This document shows positions 61,089 to 64,000 of a DNA stretch of 64,000 nucleotides, piece after piece. The notes beneath the pieces were generated by a model. The model worked only from the letters and a program-made list of their open reading frames with translations. It did no database searches and was not told where the DNA came from. The stretch comes from Oikopleura dioica (taxonomy: Eukaryota > Animalia > Chordata): positions 1,302,001 through 1,366,000 of the forward strand of contig OU015567.1 in NCBI GenBank assembly GCA_907165135.1, in the 5' to 3' direction. Within the stretch, counting starts at the first letter, position 1. Each line of letters opens with the position of its first letter. The position numbers were made by a program, and so were the translations under genes.

Positions 61089-62443
61089 GCAAGAATTCGC
61101 TGCTCTAGATTCTCTTGTCAATTGTTGATAATTCGTCGTCCTGGAACTTGAATAGCACCTTCTTAGCGCGCGAGTGCTAAATTTTTAATTGTGAATAGTG
61201 GGTTGTGTTTCTTATTCTGCTGATGATGAGATGGTTGGCGCGGCTTTGGCGATTTTGGATTTTCGCTCGAGTATATAACACAGCACACAAAACGGGCAGA
61301 TAGCTTACAGAGCGCGATAGTAAGCTAGTGTCCTGGCGGTGGAGGTGCCCCGCGGCGGTGCTCAGCAGAACGCGCATTGGCGATCAGACTTGATGACAAG
61401 CCCAAAAGACATGGCGTACCGCACCGACCGGTGTGGTGCTCAAGTAACTCCAGCGGTACAAACGCGCCCGCCAGCAATTTCAGATCGGAACGCAACCATT
61501 TTGCCTGAAATATGCGAAAATTTTTGTTTCAATAATTGAAAAATCATACTTTTTGAAATAAAAATCCATCTAAAAAATCAAATAAAATCGTTTATCCTCT
61601 CATGAATGACGTCCACAAAGAAGACAACAATCCTGATTAATATTACAATCTTTTCCATCCGGACAACCTTTATGCTCGAATCTAAGACATTCAAAAGAAC
61701 AGTCTTTATATGCCTGTCATTTTTGCTTTAGACACTTCCATTCAGGTCCGATTGTTTCACAATCAAACTCGCAGTCAATTGGTCGATTACACGACATTAT
61801 AAATAATCGAACAGTATAAGCAAACGGACATTTGAAACAGTGTTTATAATGTCTGGTTGTTTATAAAGTCCGTAATGGTTAAAATGTCTTGTGAGGGCTT
61901 GGCGAAATTTATTTGAAATAAATTTTATTTCTCTTTATAATGTCCGGTTTGTTTATAATGTCCAGATTGTTTATAATGTCCGTATCTTCAAAAAGTGTTC
62001 GAGGGTTATTTTTTTTCGGTTCAAATTTTTCTTACTATCGAAAAATTTCAAAATTTCTTTAAAATCGTCAACGATGCTTTGTGACCAAAATAAACCAAGA
62101 AGAGTCAGTTGAGCTGCTAGAGTCAAACTTAAGTGAGATTCATAAGATGAATTATTTTTCGGGGCAGGGATTCCCTCTTGTCCGAAAATTTTGTGTCCGT
62201 TCAGTGTACCCGAAAACAATGAACCTTTTTGTATGAATCAAATAGAACTGCCTTTTTTACGGAAAAATTTTCTGTCAACATACGATTTACATTATTCTTC
62301 CCAAAGAAATGATCAATTGAAGTTGTATTTGAAATAGTTTCGGAATAACTCTATTTTTCGTCAAAGGTAGATCATCTCTTAATCGTCGAGAAGAAAATTT
62401 TCATGGACTTGCAAATATCAAGGAGTCAAAGTCGCGCTCACAA

Positions 62444-63990
62444 ATGAAAATTGTCACTCTTAATATTAAAAAAGAGATGTGGCTTTTTGAAGAAAATCAT
62501 CAAAAGTTTTTCAACAACTCCGAATTTAAGGAACTCACGTTTTTCAAATTCAACGAAAACAATCTTCTCGAGCTAAGAGTTGCCGTTTGGACTTCAACCT
62601 TTTTTCTCTTCGTCGCTGCTGTCATTTTTCTTCTTCTCTTCGCAATTTATTGTTTGGCCATCATAAGGGGCGGAGACAATGAAATCGAATTCAATGACAA
62701 TTCTGATTCAGACTTAAAATTATTTCTCGGCACAGTACTTAATTTGTTCCTTTCCATCTTGATTTTTACTTGTGGTTTGTCCTCATGGAGTTATGAAGAC
62801 AGACTGTCAAAGCAAAAATTGGCATTTCCTATCATGCTTAGCTCAATAAGTAAGCTTTTCAGAAAAGACCAAATGATAAACTTAAGGCTTTCTTTTTTCA
62901 TCCCTCTACGTCATACAAAGAGTCAAGAAATATAAATTTTGCAGGATAAATAATACTGAAGACCAGAGTTGTAAATTTTGTGAGATGAGCTAGCCGAGCT
63001 AGCTGAGCTGCCATCTACCTCAGCTCAGCTCAGTCATTTAAGAAACACAGTAAGCTAAGCTCAGCTCAATTTTACGCCAGCTCAGCTAGCTCAGCTAAAT
63101 CTGAAATGGAATTTTGAAATGCAGCTCAGCTTAGCTTAATGTCAGACCAGCTCAACTAGCTCAGCTCCCTTTTACTTGGTCTGATTTTGGAAGCTTCAAC
63201 TCATTTACCAATTACAGTTGACTCGCACAATTCGGACCCGCACAATTCGGCCCTTTTTTCGAATTTCGCGAAAATTAATGAAAATCGCTCAATCAGCCAT
63301 ATATGTGAATTTCAGTCGAATTTACTTGCTCAAACGTATTTTGGAAGATATATTTACGACAGAAATGCTATTTCTTACTCTTTTTTTTTGATTGACACGT
63401 AGAATTTACGGGAATAATTGACAAAAATAGTGAGATTTTTACATTTTAGGGCTCCGAAATTGATCTTTTTTGATTGGACAGCAAATTAATCCGAATTTCG
63501 GACCGGCACAATTCGGCCCTCTTTCGAGAAATCTGCAAAACGAAAAATGTCCAAATTGTGCGAGTAAACTGTATAATCAGCGCTCTCAGCTCAGGTCAGC
63601 TCAGCTCAAATAATCGTCAGGTCAGCTCAGCTAGCTCAGTTTAAAAAATTGTCTGCTCAGCTCACCCCTGCTCAATTTTTTGAAAAAAGCCAGCTCAGCT
63701 CAGATCAATTGTAATCGAAAACAGCTCAGCTTAGCTCAGCTCAATTTCGACCTAAGCTCAGCTAGCTGAGGACAGAAAAATATTTCAAAAATTTGCAATT
63801 CTGCTGAAGACCTGTCAAGTCACCACAATGAAATGCCTGGTAAGAATAAAAGCCCTTTTGGGAAGACTTGTTTATTTTGAATTCTTATATTATTCAGAGT
63901 CAGAGCGAAATGGAATTTATGGTATTAATCGGACAGTTACTGAACCAACTGCTCCAACTCCTTCTTCATTGAATGACGAACCGCCAGGTA
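62444..63990 (+). CDS. Multipass membrane protein, 5' end unresolved, exon interrupted by a MITE; continues beyond the window
   Basis: TM segments in the 62444 ORF; 37-nt intron; frame ...RINNTED resumes as LSSHHNEMP after the insertion; next exon ends DEPP. Confidence 0.6.
62964..63803. mobile_element. hAT-type (GCTGA)n MITE
   Basis: TIR CAGA(G/A)TTG(T/C)AAATTTT; perfect 8-bp TSD CTGAAGAC. Confidence 0.9.
63215..63571. mobile_element. Tc1/pogo-type MITE nested in the hAT MITE
   Basis: TIR CAGTT(G/T)ACTCGCACAATT(C/T)GGAC, TA TSD. Confidence 0.85.
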
Positions 63991-64000
63991 TGTGCATGTT

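Noticed and set aside
61390-61510. C/D snoRNA (TGATGA...CTGA)
   Set aside because: No terminal stem or recognisable rRNA guide

Overview
AT-rich, gene-dense eukaryotic DNA. Very short introns, frequent GA-AG and GC-AG introns, short same-strand intergenic gaps with trans-splice-like acceptors, and oikosin-like CUB proteins suggest a larvacean tunicate (Oikopleura-like; inferred). Host genes, with splice models built by eye so boundaries are approximate: a Ser/Thr kinase, a single-domain phosphoethanolamine methyltransferase, a 4xCUB secreted protein, a B4GAT1-like GT49, a MAM plus Cys-pair-repeat secreted protein with a nested antisense RING gene, a mucin-like protein, a membrane protein, MsrB, an SLC45 transporter, an alpha-1,3-fucosyltransferase, a PqaA/AprA-family protein, IDO, CSRNP, and a multipass membrane gene whose exon is interrupted by a MITE. 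Mobile DNA is abundant: many TTAA (Kolobok-type), TA (Tc1/pogo-type) and 8-bp-TSD (hAT-type) MITEs, and a truncated Penelope element with hammerhead ribozymes. Two large DNA transposons are the most unusual features. (i) A 4.47-kb TA-flanked Tc1/mariner element (16789-21257) encodes an intact 676-aa transposase with an N-terminal MADS-box/NRF1-like segment and a DD55D triad. It also carries a ~375-bp diverged foldback and a second spliced ORF. (ii) A 4.1-kb hAT-like element (23772-27895) has the palindrome TTGGG(G)TACCCAA in each of its five resolved transposase introns.
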